DNA from: Yuukianura sp. NJ FZ-2021
Taxonomy: Eukaryota
Direction of reading: 5' to 3'
Length of the DNA stretch: 64,000 nt
NCBI GenBank assembly: GCA_046563655.1
Contig: CM102286.1
Coordinates: 4,216,001-4,280,000 of the forward strand
Below, piece after piece: positions 49,116 to 62,100 of the stretch (position 1 is its first letter; each line of letters starts with the position of its first letter). The notes beneath the pieces are model-generated. The model was not told where the DNA came from. It made no database searches and saw only the letters and a program-made list of their open reading frames with translations. The position numbers and the translations under genes were made by a program.

Positions 49116-50502
49116 TTACTTTTCCTTTTTCGAAGAAATGTCGAACTGCACAAGTACAACTGTGTAGGTAATGATGGACGCAAGAATCTAAAAAACGCGG
49201 ACATGTAAATTTTATTCTAAGAAAAACATGTAACTGGACTTACAGCAGTAAGGGTTGATCTACCCAGCCCAAAGTACCCATACGGCGAAATTTTGAAATT
49301 CATGTTCATAACGTATGTTCGCAAATTTAGGACTTCCGTTGTCGCATCCAAGTCATCATGCTCCACTGACACAGTCAGTATAGTCCTCCTCAGCAGTTTC
49401 AACTAATTTTAAAAGAAATTTAAAGAAAAAACCAATTTTATTGGGTTAGCTTTTAAAAAAAAGATTTGAATCAAGAAATCTAAGGTTTACAAACACGACG
49501 CACGCTGTTTTGAAGTAATTCGGAGCCATTGGCAAGTATAATCATTCTAATCCAGATTGAGATGTATCTCGCCATCATTCCTATTAGATAGTCATTGATC
49601 CCGCGAAACGGAATGAAGCCTTCGCATAACTGAAATGTAATGAAACAAAGGAACACCGTTCCGTAGACAACTTGACCAAAAATGATTAGTTGTACAGCCG
49701 ATTCTAGGCTCAAAAATAAATTATCCAGCGCTTTGACATGCTCAAAAAAGTTGGCCTTTTTTTCGTAACAGCGTAATTCGCGGAGGACCATTTCGGCAGC
49801 CGTTGATGGGAAAATCCAACGTGCTTTGGTCGAACCAAGCTCTTCCCGTATTCTTTGTGCAATTACTTTAGCTCTGTGAGCGACTATTTGCATAAATACG
49901 TGGATAATGAACTGAAGAAGCGTAGCCGAAGACCCTAAAAACGCTTGATGCGCCCACGAAAGAATACATACAAGCGAAGGAGTAAGTATTTGCATCGGAA
50001 ACCAGACGATTTTTGATTGATTTTGTAGCCCATATTGTGCAAACTCTTGAATTCTCTGAACGTCGAATCTCCAACTAAACACCCAAGCAGTGAGCACTGC
50101 AAGTTGATCGAACCCACACGAAATGCTACTACTTGTGTACCGCCCTGCCGTGAGTCGCTCAAAAGTTTGAAGTACGCGCCAAGCTTTGATGAAAGTTGGA
50201 ACAGATATAACCCAGAAAATTACAAGAGAGTAGCCAAAAAAAACTGAAGCTACTCTCATGGTTGCTGACGTTTGGTGCTGAAATTCTTGTTCTTGCGTAA
50301 ATGCGTCGTGAAAATACGCAATAGCAATGCTGATTCCGAGTGCAGCGGCAAATACTTGGAATGATATTGACAGAACACACCAAATCCCAGCAAGCGTGAA
50401 CCATTTCAAGGAAATTTGACCTTCGGGGTTCACGTAAATCGGAAATTGGCCTATTATGCGAATGATGTTAAACATCACACGTAGGGCAGAAATATCTTTC
50501 AT
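49116..50502 (-). CDS. Gustatory receptor (7tm chemosensory family), copy A
   Basis: Long first exon with several TMs (IIRIIGQFPI), second exon ...KISPYGYFGLGRSTLTA, last exon ILASIITYTVVLVQFD containing the GR TM7 motif TYhhhhhQF. Confidence 0.88.
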
Positions 50503-51430
50503 GGTTAATTACCAAGAAAAAATGAAACTATTATCATAATAGTAAAGGATAAAAGTAAATTCCTCTTGTATGTTCAAAATATTTAAAAACGCCAAGATTT
50601 GCCTAACACCAGAAAATCCCGAAAATGAATAGCACTAGAAAGTCATTTGTGAACAAATTTTAAGTTTTCTAAAATTTCGATACAACGTATACATTATGTT
50701 CAACATTTTCTACCATTTCCACACCTACTAATCAACGAATTGCAACTGACAAAGGTTCAAGTTTTGTAAGCAAATATGTACTGTAAACATCTACAAAAAA
50801 TATAGTCAACAAAGAATACCCAATTTAATTTGTAAAATTGAAGATTCTTTAATATTCACATTCGATTTATAGATTCGATTAGTTGAGTGTTACGCGTCAC
50901 CAGGGATGGAAACGTTAGCACATGGACCGAAACACTGCTATTCTGTAAAGCATGTCGTACACAAGTAGCAAACCATAACGTTGATTGCTATCTGGCAGTA
51001 ATATGAAGTTAATAATTATTAATTATTAATAAGTTATCTCACAAATTAGTCTACTTAAGTGCTTTTAACGCCTAATTGGCCTATTCAATTTTGGAATAAA
51101 CTGGAGAGCGCAAGAATTTCAGTGGAATTCAATGCTTTTGTTTACAAAAAAATGCATCACGGTTGATATTAGATGCGGGTGAATTTTTTATTTTGGTACG
51201 GCTTTCTGTGTACAGTTTCACTGCAAATATTTCACAAATTAGTGCCAGTTCACAACAAATTTTTGCTCATAGTCACATTCTGACTTCTGTACAAATTCTA
51301 ATAGTCTAATAGGCTTCGCTAGATTGCCAACTGGTTAACTATGTGAGATATATCTGCGCACATCCATAGCACGCAAACATAAAGTTGTTAACCTCGAATC
51401 GCTTCCGACAGCTAATTCCAACTTCAATTC

Positions 51431-52837
51431 TCAGCCAGAAGAAATATCAAACTGGACAAGGACAATTGTGTATGTAATGATTGATGACAGAATCTGCACA
51501 ATTGCAATTATATGGGATATGAGATATTATGTTATACGTTTATACATTAATTGTGTAATATTTTGAAATTTTCTAACACTTACCGCAGTAATAGTTGATC
51601 TTTCCATCGTAAAGTATCCATACGGCGAAATTTTGAAACTCATGTTCATAACGTACGCACGCAAGTTTAAAATTTGCGCTGTCCCATCCGAGTCATCACG
51701 CTCAACCGACACCGATAGTACCGTGCGCCTCAACAACTTCAACTAATTAAGGACAGTTTTATTAGGTTACTGCTGTTTTGGCTAGCCTGGCGTTAGCCTA
51801 GAATTACAAATAATCGTATTCACTATAAAACATACGCTGCTTTGAAGTCGTTCGGCACCGTTCGTAAATATTATCATCCTGACACAAATTACGACGAATC
51901 TTGCCACCAATCCGAGGTGATACTCGTTGAATCCGCGAAACGGCATGAGGCTTCCGCATATAAGAAATGAAAGGATCGACAGGAATAGTGTTCCAAAGAC
52001 GGTTTGACCAAAAACAAGCAATTGTATTGCTGACAGGAGGCTCAGGAATAACTTGTCCAGTGCCTTGACATGCTCAAAAAGTTCGCGCTTTTTGTTATTG
52101 CAGCGCAATTCGCGAGCTACTACTGCTACGGCAGCAGTGTTTGCTTTGAAGTGCCAGCACATTTTGCTTGAGTCCAGGTCGCGGACCCTATTTGCGATTG
52201 CTTTAGCTCTATGTGCGATGATGTACACGAGCAATTGAATAATGAACTGTGTAAGTATAGACGACGTGGTCATAAAAGCCACATGACCCAATGAAATGAT
52301 CTGTGCAAGCGTAGCCGAAAATAATGGCGCCGGAATCCAAGCGAATTCTGTAGGATGTACGAGCACATGCTGTGCAAATGCTTGAACTCTCTGAATTTCA
52401 AATCTCCAGCTAAGTAGCCACACAATGCTCAAAGTAAGTTGGTCACCCTCGCACCAAAAGCTGCTACTTCCATACTTCCCAGAAGTCAACTGCTCAAAAT
52501 GATGAAGTTCTCGCCATACTTTCATGAACTTGGGAGCAGAGATTAGCCAAAAAGAAAGAAGTATGTATGAAATAGAAATGGAAAGTACACGCATGACTGC
52601 TGCCGTTTTTTGCTCGAAATCCTTTCCTTGGACAAAATTGTCCCGAAAGTAAAGGATACCAAAGGCAAACGCCATTACGGCAGCAAACAGATGAACAGGT
52701 ATACATAAAATACACCAAATCCCAGTGACCGTTAACCATTTCATGGAAATTTGACCCTGGGAGGTCACGTAAATCGGAAATTGGCCTATTATGCGAAAAC
52801 AGTTAAATAAAATTCTTAGGTTCAAGATATCCTTCAT
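51431..52837 (-). CDS. Gustatory receptor (7tm chemosensory family), copy B, tandem paralog of copy A
   Basis: Same exon layout; RIIGQFPIYV, EHVKALD.LFLSL, KISPYGYFTMERSTITA, ILSSIITYTIVLVQFD. Confidence 0.88.
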
Positions 52838-55800
52838 GATTAAAAGAAAGAGGATAAAACAAATATGGTTTCAAAGTTTAAGTTTCGACAGTGTTAGAAA
52901 GAATTCGTCAAATTCTTAGCGGTGCGCAAAGTAGTAAACGCTGACTCGAAAAAAAGAAATTATTGTAATTTTTTAGAAAATTGTTTGAACCCGCACTTAT
53001 TCCCGCTTGAAATGCAAAAAGCAAAATGAAACTAGAACTGTGAGCCAATAAACTTAATTTTTTTCCAAACCTTAGAAATAATTTGGTCAAAATCCACTCC
53101 AAGTTTCACACCTCCTAAGAAAGGTGAATGGAAAAGGTAAATTCTTGTAAAGAAACAAACACTTTTTGCAAAGTGAAAAAAAGAAGGAATTGTACAACAA
53201 CAAAAAAACACTTTAATTTGCAAACATTGCATTATCCAGGATTCAGATGGATAAATTAATTGAATATTCCAAAACGAAGTATACGCTGCAACGCTTGAGT
53301 TGAATTAAAGGCTGGCAACTTTCAATTATTATGAATTTCAATGGACATTTAAAACGGAGCAAATCCGAGTAGCAAATGATTAGAAAAGCAATCAATTGCT
53401 AAAAAGCTAACTTTTCGAAAAAAAAAAAAGAACAAGGAATTTCATGATATATTTGAAAATACGTGTGCATTTACATTGTTTAGAATTTTGAAGAAACGTT
53501 TTCTTAGAAAAAGGATAGGCTCTTCTATGCTACTAATTCGTTCATGTTTGTTTGACCACTCGAGCCCCCCTCTCTGGGTTTCTTGGAATGCTTATCCTTT
53601 CCGCCCTTTGTTCCAATTTTAAAAATGTACATTGTTTTAACAACCAGGTAAAATTTTTGAAATTCGAAACTTTTTACCTGCTTATTAGCACCTTTTTCTT
53701 GCTATAAAATCCCCAGTTTTTAAATTTTTCGGCAGTCAGTCTCGCACTGACCGAAGGCCTCTTCAAATGGTCTCTCATCGACTGCTATTCAGCAAGAACA
53801 TGAAAATGTTCCGCAGTTGTTAATTGTCAATAACACTGGGAATTATTTTCATGTTTGACGCTTATGGAACTTCAACACTCTTCTACAACTGCACTAAATT
53901 TAGTAACTACTTGCGCCGGTAGTCATGGGCCACCTTGTCACCGGGTCCTTAGTTGCTAACATTTTTGCAAAAAATCTTCATAAGGTCATTACCAACAAAA
54001 CCACATTTACAACCATTCATTCATACTTTCTGCAGCAGGACTTGAAAATATTCCGCAGTAGTTAGATGAAATTTACACTGGGAAACATCTGCGTTCTATG
54101 AACAATTCCAGCATTTAAATGGTCTAAGTCTAATAATAGTCTAAACGGGAAAATGATTCCATGTTTAACGAGAAACCGCTGTGCTTGATCTGGATTATTT
54201 GTTGCTGAAGATAGAACAAAGAAAGAGAAAGTACAACATCCGCCTGCCTTCTGTTCCGTGGTAATTGATTTGTCATTTGTTTTCTCTGGTTCTTGTTAAA
54301 CAATTCATTAGCACTTTAACTGAACCCACCTTTGTTTTCTGTTTCGATGTTTTGTAATAGTAAGTATGAAACTTTCAAAAGTGAAAAAAATTTTACGAAC
54401 ATTTCAGTTAAGTAATGTAGAATACAAACAGCTCAAACATCCATGGCCGCTGTGATATGAAAAACAGAATGTGATTTCAAATTACATTCCAGAGTCAGAG
54501 TCCGACTAAGCTCTCAACTTCAAGCTTCCATTTCTTTTTTTAAGTTTCAACTGATAAACATAAAGTTGTGAAAGTTTTTTGCCATTTGTATGTCAGAGTT
54601 GCTTGGATGTTTGGCAAGACAGTTGACAGCTAAATTCGGAAGATGTACAAAAATATTACAAGTGTTTCTGGAAGTATATGAATAAGTGGCTCTCCTCTGT
54701 AGAAGGAGACTGATGTTTACATTTGACCACATATATCACTCAACGTCATCAATCAAGCTCAGATGGAAGTAACAACTTCAAACGAACACGAAGTTATTCA
54801 CTTCTATTAATAATTCACAATGTTCTTAGAACTTAAGCATTCCGTGGGAACGGACGCTTCTTTCAAACCGAGTTTTCTGTAAGACAGACTCCAAGTCAGC
54901 GCTAACTTGCAATTTACCACACCCGAAGTTTTTTACATAAACAGTTCCTATTTGATTTCGGGACTCGAAAGTGTCATTTCTTCAAAATGTAACTACCAAT
55001 GCAAGTGTTTTTCTGATACTTTGCCAAAACTTATGATTTTCCGTAGTTCATATTAGTTTCAAGTTGTAAGTTGCGGATTGTTATAATAAATTTTGGTTTT
55101 TGGCTATTAGTTTAATCCAAGCTAATTTTTTGATATGTAAACATCATTAACAGCGACAGAAAAATCCGAAGTGCTGCAGCTACTTCTTGTCACTCTCACT
55201 GAAAAGATAAAACTTCAGGTTTTGAAAAGGCTCAAAATTCCTTATGATTTACGGCTTTATAAATAAAAAATATTCTGAAACTGCTTCTGCTCATTCTTAT
55301 TTTTGGTTAACTTTAACTAGTCACGTCAAACATTACATCTTTCGCCGCAAGTGCTTTACGTGTACAATTCTTATAGCAAAAAAAAATCACAATGTAGGAA
55401 CATTTTAGAACATTTTTGAAGTTTGTGAGCATCATGCAATGTAAAATGTTAATTTTCAAAGCTTACCTTGACATTTTATAACCATTATTTCCTGAATTCC
55501 GCAACACAAACAGGATCCACGTAATGAAAACGAAATCGATATATGGTACATGATAGCAGAAATTACTTTTCTAATATAATACTTTATTATAAATAAAAAA
55601 TCAACTACAAGGATAGAATTTTTTGCCTTCAAATGTTGCAATTGCTTGGTACTCGCAGGGCACTAATGTATTTAGCAACCACCCGTCGAGGCATCGTTAG
55701 CTAATGGTACAACTAAGGCTAAAGTAATGAAATAAGGGCTCAATGTTGGATGTTAAAAACGAAGGCATGTTGAGATTCCCGCTGAGAAGAAAATGGCTAA

Positions 55801-58800
55801 TTTATCTTCCTGTCCTTTCTAATTGTTTTCTGTCCACCTTCACCTCCATTCAATTTAAGTCACGAACAAATAAATGATACATCATTTATTTACATATAAA
55901 ATACTGTCGTTTACTTTACATCAAAGAACGATCTCTGTTATTCTAGAATGAAGTGCGTCGGCACGAACACAATTCTTAAATTTCCTCGTTTCTAAGTTCA
56001 AGGTGAAAGCAAACGTATTCTTGGAAATTCTTTCACTGCTGATTCCAAATGACGACTTCACAAATGTATTCAAACAAAGCATTTAATTGTAGATGCATCT
56101 ATGTAAGTTGCATCGAACTGCTCCTCTTCCCATTACCAGTTACGGAAGTAAGTGAAGTTCCAGGAAGTACAGATTTTGAAGTTTGACGGGAGTCAGCGTT
56201 CTCCACTTACATTTTCATCTTGGTTTTCGTAATGGATTAGACGGGGCAGAGGGAACATTTTATTATTTTTGGATTGATTTATGTAGACATTTCTTTTTGG
56301 ATCATCCCTAGCTTCTTTCCCATTAGTTACGGAGGGAAGATGATGATGGGCAAATGGACTCCACTGCTACTGGGCTGCACTTCGGCTGTTCCATCGTGTG
56401 GTTGAAGTGACTGGAATGGATGTAAAATGTTGATGGAGGCGAATTAGCATGGAAATTAATCCCAGAAAGTTGGGAGAAAGTTGAAGGAAGGGGTGTGAAA
56501 AGAAAGTGGATATTCATGCACGGTTTGTATAGTTTGCACAACGAAGTTGAAAAGAAAACAAACAAAAAGATTTCAAGTTTAATTAGTGACAGTAACATCT
56601 CAAATGGCCGAATTCCTTGACGCGAGTTCATGCATTTTTGTCAGACTTTTCAGAATTGCATTGAAATTCTACTAATCACAGCACATCAAAGTCAGATACT
56701 GTCACTTAATGATTAAAGTCAATTAATGAATTGTCTAATTTAATTTTCTACTTTTTCATACTTGTGATGAGGTTCCGTCATGGTTGTGGATTTAGAGTGA
56801 AAGCGAGGATAAAATATATTCAATGGAATTTACTTTCTCCTTTTCATCACCCAAGATTAGCCTCTATCTCATCACCATCAGATCTCCCTTCGCTGGGAAG
56901 CAAGTTGACATTCAAAGGACCCATCTAACCAGAAATTTCATCAAGTCTTCTTAGAATAGAAAATCTCGTTTGAATTTCGTAGGCAATTCAAGCAAAATTA
57001 AAATTAAAAAGACAGGAAGCAAAGATGCGTCACTTCAAAGCTAGTAAGGGCAAAGAAAGTTCAATGACTCACATATTTTCAACTTACGGACATGATCTAC
57101 TCTAAGAGGGTTCAGCAGAGACTTCATTATTTGACGCTTCCATGCTAGTAGTAGCTCATCCGGAGTGCAGTGGAACAAAAATTGAAATCCGGGCGAAGCG
57201 TAGCTTGTTTCCGGTGAGACAAATTCCTTTGTAAATTTGAGTCGCAGGGAGTGTGGCAATTTGTGGTGACACTAATTGGACTGGAAGTATGTTAAGTGGG
57301 TGCAGGGAGACCTAAGGTTAGGCGACGGAGCACAATTGGCACAAATCTGTTCCTGACAGCTTTAGGATCTCTACACAAAGCGAATACAATGGAGCAGAAA
57401 GTGCGGGAGAAAGTTACAGATTCGAAATCTTGAGATTTCTGATGTGCTAGAAAGAGAGAGTAAAGGCGGAGGAAGCTAAAAGTGCGAGAAATCAATAGCT
57501 GTTTGAATTTAATCATTTCCCTTCGCACCGCCTTCCCTGCGATTTTCGCTTTCCTTCTGTAAAATTCAACAACAGTGTAGATATGTAATGGTTCATTCTA
57601 AAAAATTTGTTGATTTGTTTTTGACTAATGATAATCAACTAAAGCAAACTCAAGTTATTTCCTGGAATAAATTAAACTTAAAATCTTAAAAAAATGCGAT
57701 TGATTTGTAGTCAAAATGTTAGCATTTTTCGTCAGAAATATAATTCTCCAATAGTGTCATTAGTAAACAAACTTCAGTTCAACTAAAAATTGACATTTTT
57801 GTTTTTATACCAAATGTAACGTACGATTATTAGCGTATATCCAGAGTTACTGTTCTACTTTGCCTACAAACCTAGTTTTACTCTCCTGAATAATAAATGA
57901 ATTACCAAAAGATGATTTAAAGTAACGCCCACTTTGTGAAAAACTTATAAGAAAGTCAGTAAGGCTTTCCACTGCAAAAAAGAGCGAAAGCAAGGAACTT
58001 TCTTCGCTTTTCCCTTCGGAGAGAGAGCACTTGGGTTCAAGGGCCTGGGAAAATAGTTTGTGAAATAATAGGCCTCCTAGCTTTCCTTCTGCAGCCACCA
58101 CGGATGACGCCACTTTCACTGTTCACTCTTGGAACTTCGACGCTCCTTCTTAGTTAGTTACTCCCTCCACTACCAAACGTTAGCCAAAGACACCCTCTCC
58201 CGCTCTCTGCCAAACGCATTCCGCACCCTATCCTCAGTCTGGTTTTCAACTTCCCACACGGAAGAACTCAAACAGTTTGGCTATTGTTGTCATCCGCTTA
58301 AACACAATAGAGCTAAATTTGTTAAAATAACATTTATCGTATACTAACATTTGCATAAGCTGTCCAGCCTCTAAAGTTGTAACTGACTGAGCTAGAGCGG
58401 ATTCGCTTTCTGAATTGTTTCGGTAGCAGTAACAAAAATCTTTAAAAAAGTGCAAAGCAAAACCGGTTTCTAGAAAAGAAAGTTTTTCTTTTTCTGCGAA
58501 CATGGAAAATTGTGAAAGTTCGTGAGATTACTAGCAGACTTTTTAAATTGCATGAGCAATTGTGACTAAATTTTGACTCAAAGAACGCCCAGTTTTCTTA
58601 AAGCAACTTCAAGGGAACGTCTGAATACGAGTGAATTGAAAATCCAATCTCGTCGCCAGTGTCTCTTATGCATCGACACTAGAAATTATTCAAATGGTTC
58701 CAAATTTTCCAAAAACCAATTTACGCAGTTGACTTGATTCACCGTTGTAATAGTTAACAGCAACGGACTGAGCTATCAAACGCAGCAGGCTCGGAAATTC

Positions 58801-59023
58801 AAAGTCCTGTCCATTAGAAGATCCACTTTCACAACCCAAGTGATTTACGGTTCTCATTTACCCAACTAAACAAATACTCTTCTGAGACCTCTTCCTTTTT
58901 CTCGTCTCCAAGAACTTCCAATTTGCAAAGAAAACAAGACAGGCAAGATTTACTGTCCGAATTCAAACTTCCCGCGTAAACCGATTGGAAACCACCCGCC
59001 AAACAGAGTCATCCATCATCAAC

Positions 59024-59117
59024 ATGGCCCCGCACTTCCGTCACTCAAATCTCCACGTCACCAAGCACACGGCTCTGGTCGTTCTCTGCATCTGGGTTGC
59101 GGGAAACTTCAAATCAG
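59024..59117 (+). CDS. Probable first coding (signal-peptide-like) exon of a large gene continuing beyond the window
   Basis: CAACATGG start context, MAPHFRHSNLHVTKHTALVVLCIWVAGNFKS, then a strong phase-1 donor CAG|GTAAGA. No downstream exon was recognised. Confidence 0.4.
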
Positions 59118-62100
59118 GTAAGAATGTCACTCTGCTAAACGACTAACAATTAACGAAGGAGTTACTTCTAAGGACATTTTAAATTGAAAACAGAGTGGTT
59201 GGAACAGAGTGAACTCAAAACCTAGTTTTACAAAGTTCTAGTTGTGGAAGTTGGAGTGAAAGCAGGGAAAGTCAACGCATGAGAAATGATAATTAAGTCT
59301 GAGGAAGAAAGTTCCAAAGTCAAACCATGGTGGTGGTGGTTGATTTTATTGAAGAGCTCGGCTAACGGCTACTCTCTCCTCTGAAATTGCAATTCTGTTT
59401 CAGTTCCTTAAAAGTTTTCTTCTTTATACTCACAGCAGCAACTGTAAAACGGTTTCAATCACAGCCGAATTCTTTTCTCTTGTGATTTAGAAAGTGCTTT
59501 CACTTCAATATTTCTTTTCTACTTTAAGTGACTTAATTTAAAAAGTTTCTGAAGTTGAAATTCTCAACAATTTTATTCTTTATCGCTTAGCAGCTGGCGG
59601 CGACTTTAAACGATTTTGACAAAAGCAGAAAAAAATTCTTGTCATAAAAAACAAACTTTTTCTCGATTACTGGAAATCACTCGTCAGAGAAGCAGAAAAA
59701 TTGGATAATAAAACATAGTCCATAGTCACAAAAAAAAAGTTTTTTTCATGAAACTGAAAAAATTTTGAACATTAGAAGATTTTGAACCTCCAGAAAGCTC
59801 CAACTTAAATCAAGTTATCTTTTGAAAACAAATTCTTCTTGCTAGTCCAAGTAAAATAGGTAAATCCAGCAAAAAAAATACATTGACAGCGTTTTTCTTT
59901 TTGAAATGTATAACAATGCTACCTTTAAGGCAGCATTATTTTTCAAAATGTCCCTTTGCAACAGTTGAATTGTGAGCGTGTTACTTTTTCTTTTGTTTGG
60001 CTACGCCCTTACTTCTCGGAAATTTTTTTTGACGTTGAGACAAGGATTACAAGGGGTGTGAACTTAAACAAATTGATATGAAGAATTTCCAATTGAAGGA
60101 TTCTTGTAATCCAATTTGTACTAAAAAGTTCAGAAATGGAACTGAGATTAAGGCATCTAAGGTACGACAAATAAAATCTTCAAACCTTGTTACACCTTTT
60201 GTTCGAATAATTTTATTCAGTAGTGGGATTTCAGAGTAACTAGCATTTATATAAGCCTAATTGGAACAATTTGAGTGGAAATACAGCCTTAGTCATGAAG
60301 ATGATGAAGTGTTTATAGTCGATTGGCTTTCAAAAGATTCTATTCCAATGTCACCTACGGAATCCACAAAAAAATTTACCTTCTGAACACAACACATTCA
60401 GAAACTACTTTGACTGTATTATTTCTGCTCGTCCAACGCATTTTACAGAAAAGTTGAGAAAAAAAAGTTATGAGAAACAAACCGAAGTTTTGCTGTATTT
60501 ATTTCCTAACATTACAAAATCCGCCCTTTTTAACATCAACTTTCGGGAATTTTGAAATTCATAAAAATAGTAATACATAAAACATATGTGTATTGTTCAA
60601 ACTGAGCCTACATTGAAATTCAGGTTTTTAAGTTCTTAAGTGTCCAGTTCCAGAATACTTTTAAGTTTCACCCCACGTGAGTACATGAAGGGTGACGTTA
60701 GAAACCACACGAGGCGACGCAGCGGGGCGACACAAGCCCATTTGTACCTCAAAGGACCCCGACTCAAGGGCCCACCACAGCACGACAAGTCATAACCGTA
60801 AATATACAACGAAACACACTTTTCTCCAGTACCACCTTCAAAAAAGATGCATTCGAAAAATTACTGTTTGAAATTACCACACGTTCCTTCATTTTCGAAA
60901 AAATGAATACGCGCTGTAGAGAATAAAAGTTTTTCGAACTCTTTACTGGCCAAGCAGGTCTTCCAATGGTAAATGCATGCCTTTTTTGTTTGATTCGGCG
61001 TTCTGCATTAATTACCCACACCCTGTCTGCTCAGCATGCAACATCCCCTTCTGAGCTGAAGGTGTGAACTTTGACATGACAAATGATTTGTAAAAAATTT
61101 GAAAAAAAGAGTACACCCATTATGATAAAAATAATTCAGAATTTTTCATATTTCCTAAACGTTTGCCTTTTTGTCACACTTTACTTTTGAATAGAGACTT
61201 TTGAATAGAATACTTGGTGGTTCCATTTTTACAAAAACATTTAAAAAGTATATTTTGTTGAACTTGGCTGCAATATGTTTTCCTTCAAAAATTTTTGGAG
61301 GTGCGTTTTCAGACATAACCATTTTGAATGTTACAGGGGCTTTGTTTTTAACAATGAACAATTTGCTTGTAATTAACCTTTTGCTTGCAAATGATGTACA
61401 CCAAGTCCACCTTTTCTACAGAGAGGAAATTTCAGACCGAAATCGAAAACCCAAGAACAATGAAACCGAAAAAATGTTTATCAGATACATGTTTTCCAAA
61501 AAGTCACAATTTTCAATAGAAAGTAGGCGCAACTAGACACTACCTAAACAGAAAGATTTTGGAGGCAGACGGGCTTGTTAAGCAGGTCCATTTCAATAAG
61601 AATGTACTTAAGAAATTGCTATTGAAAACAAGTCACGGTCTTCCAGGCCAATGGACATCAAATTCAAACCTCCCACTTCAACACACCTCCTCATCAAGGA
61701 AACAAAAGAACAACGAAATAGGCAGCATGATTCAGAGGTTCGAAAATCATCACGATTTCATTAAAAATTGGCATTTTAGCGTCGATGTTTTCAGCTCACG
61801 ATTTCCTACAAAAGCAATTTGTCCAAAACAGTCATTTCCTTTTACCAAAAGTGTTTCGTGAAAAGGAAGCAAAAGGTGTCCAATTTTAATTCACGTTTTG
61901 TCAAAACAACATAAATTCAGCGTAATTTTAGTTTGGTGAGAACAAGACAGTAAACCAATATGAACTTAAATTTACTTTTTCTTTTTTGAAAAATCACAAC
62001 AAACGTGAAGGTGGTTCTTGTTAAGCTTTAGTGCAAAAACGTTTGTCCCATTAAAAAGAGTAATTGGAGTTCCAAGGGAAAAAGACATAAAAATCTTTAC

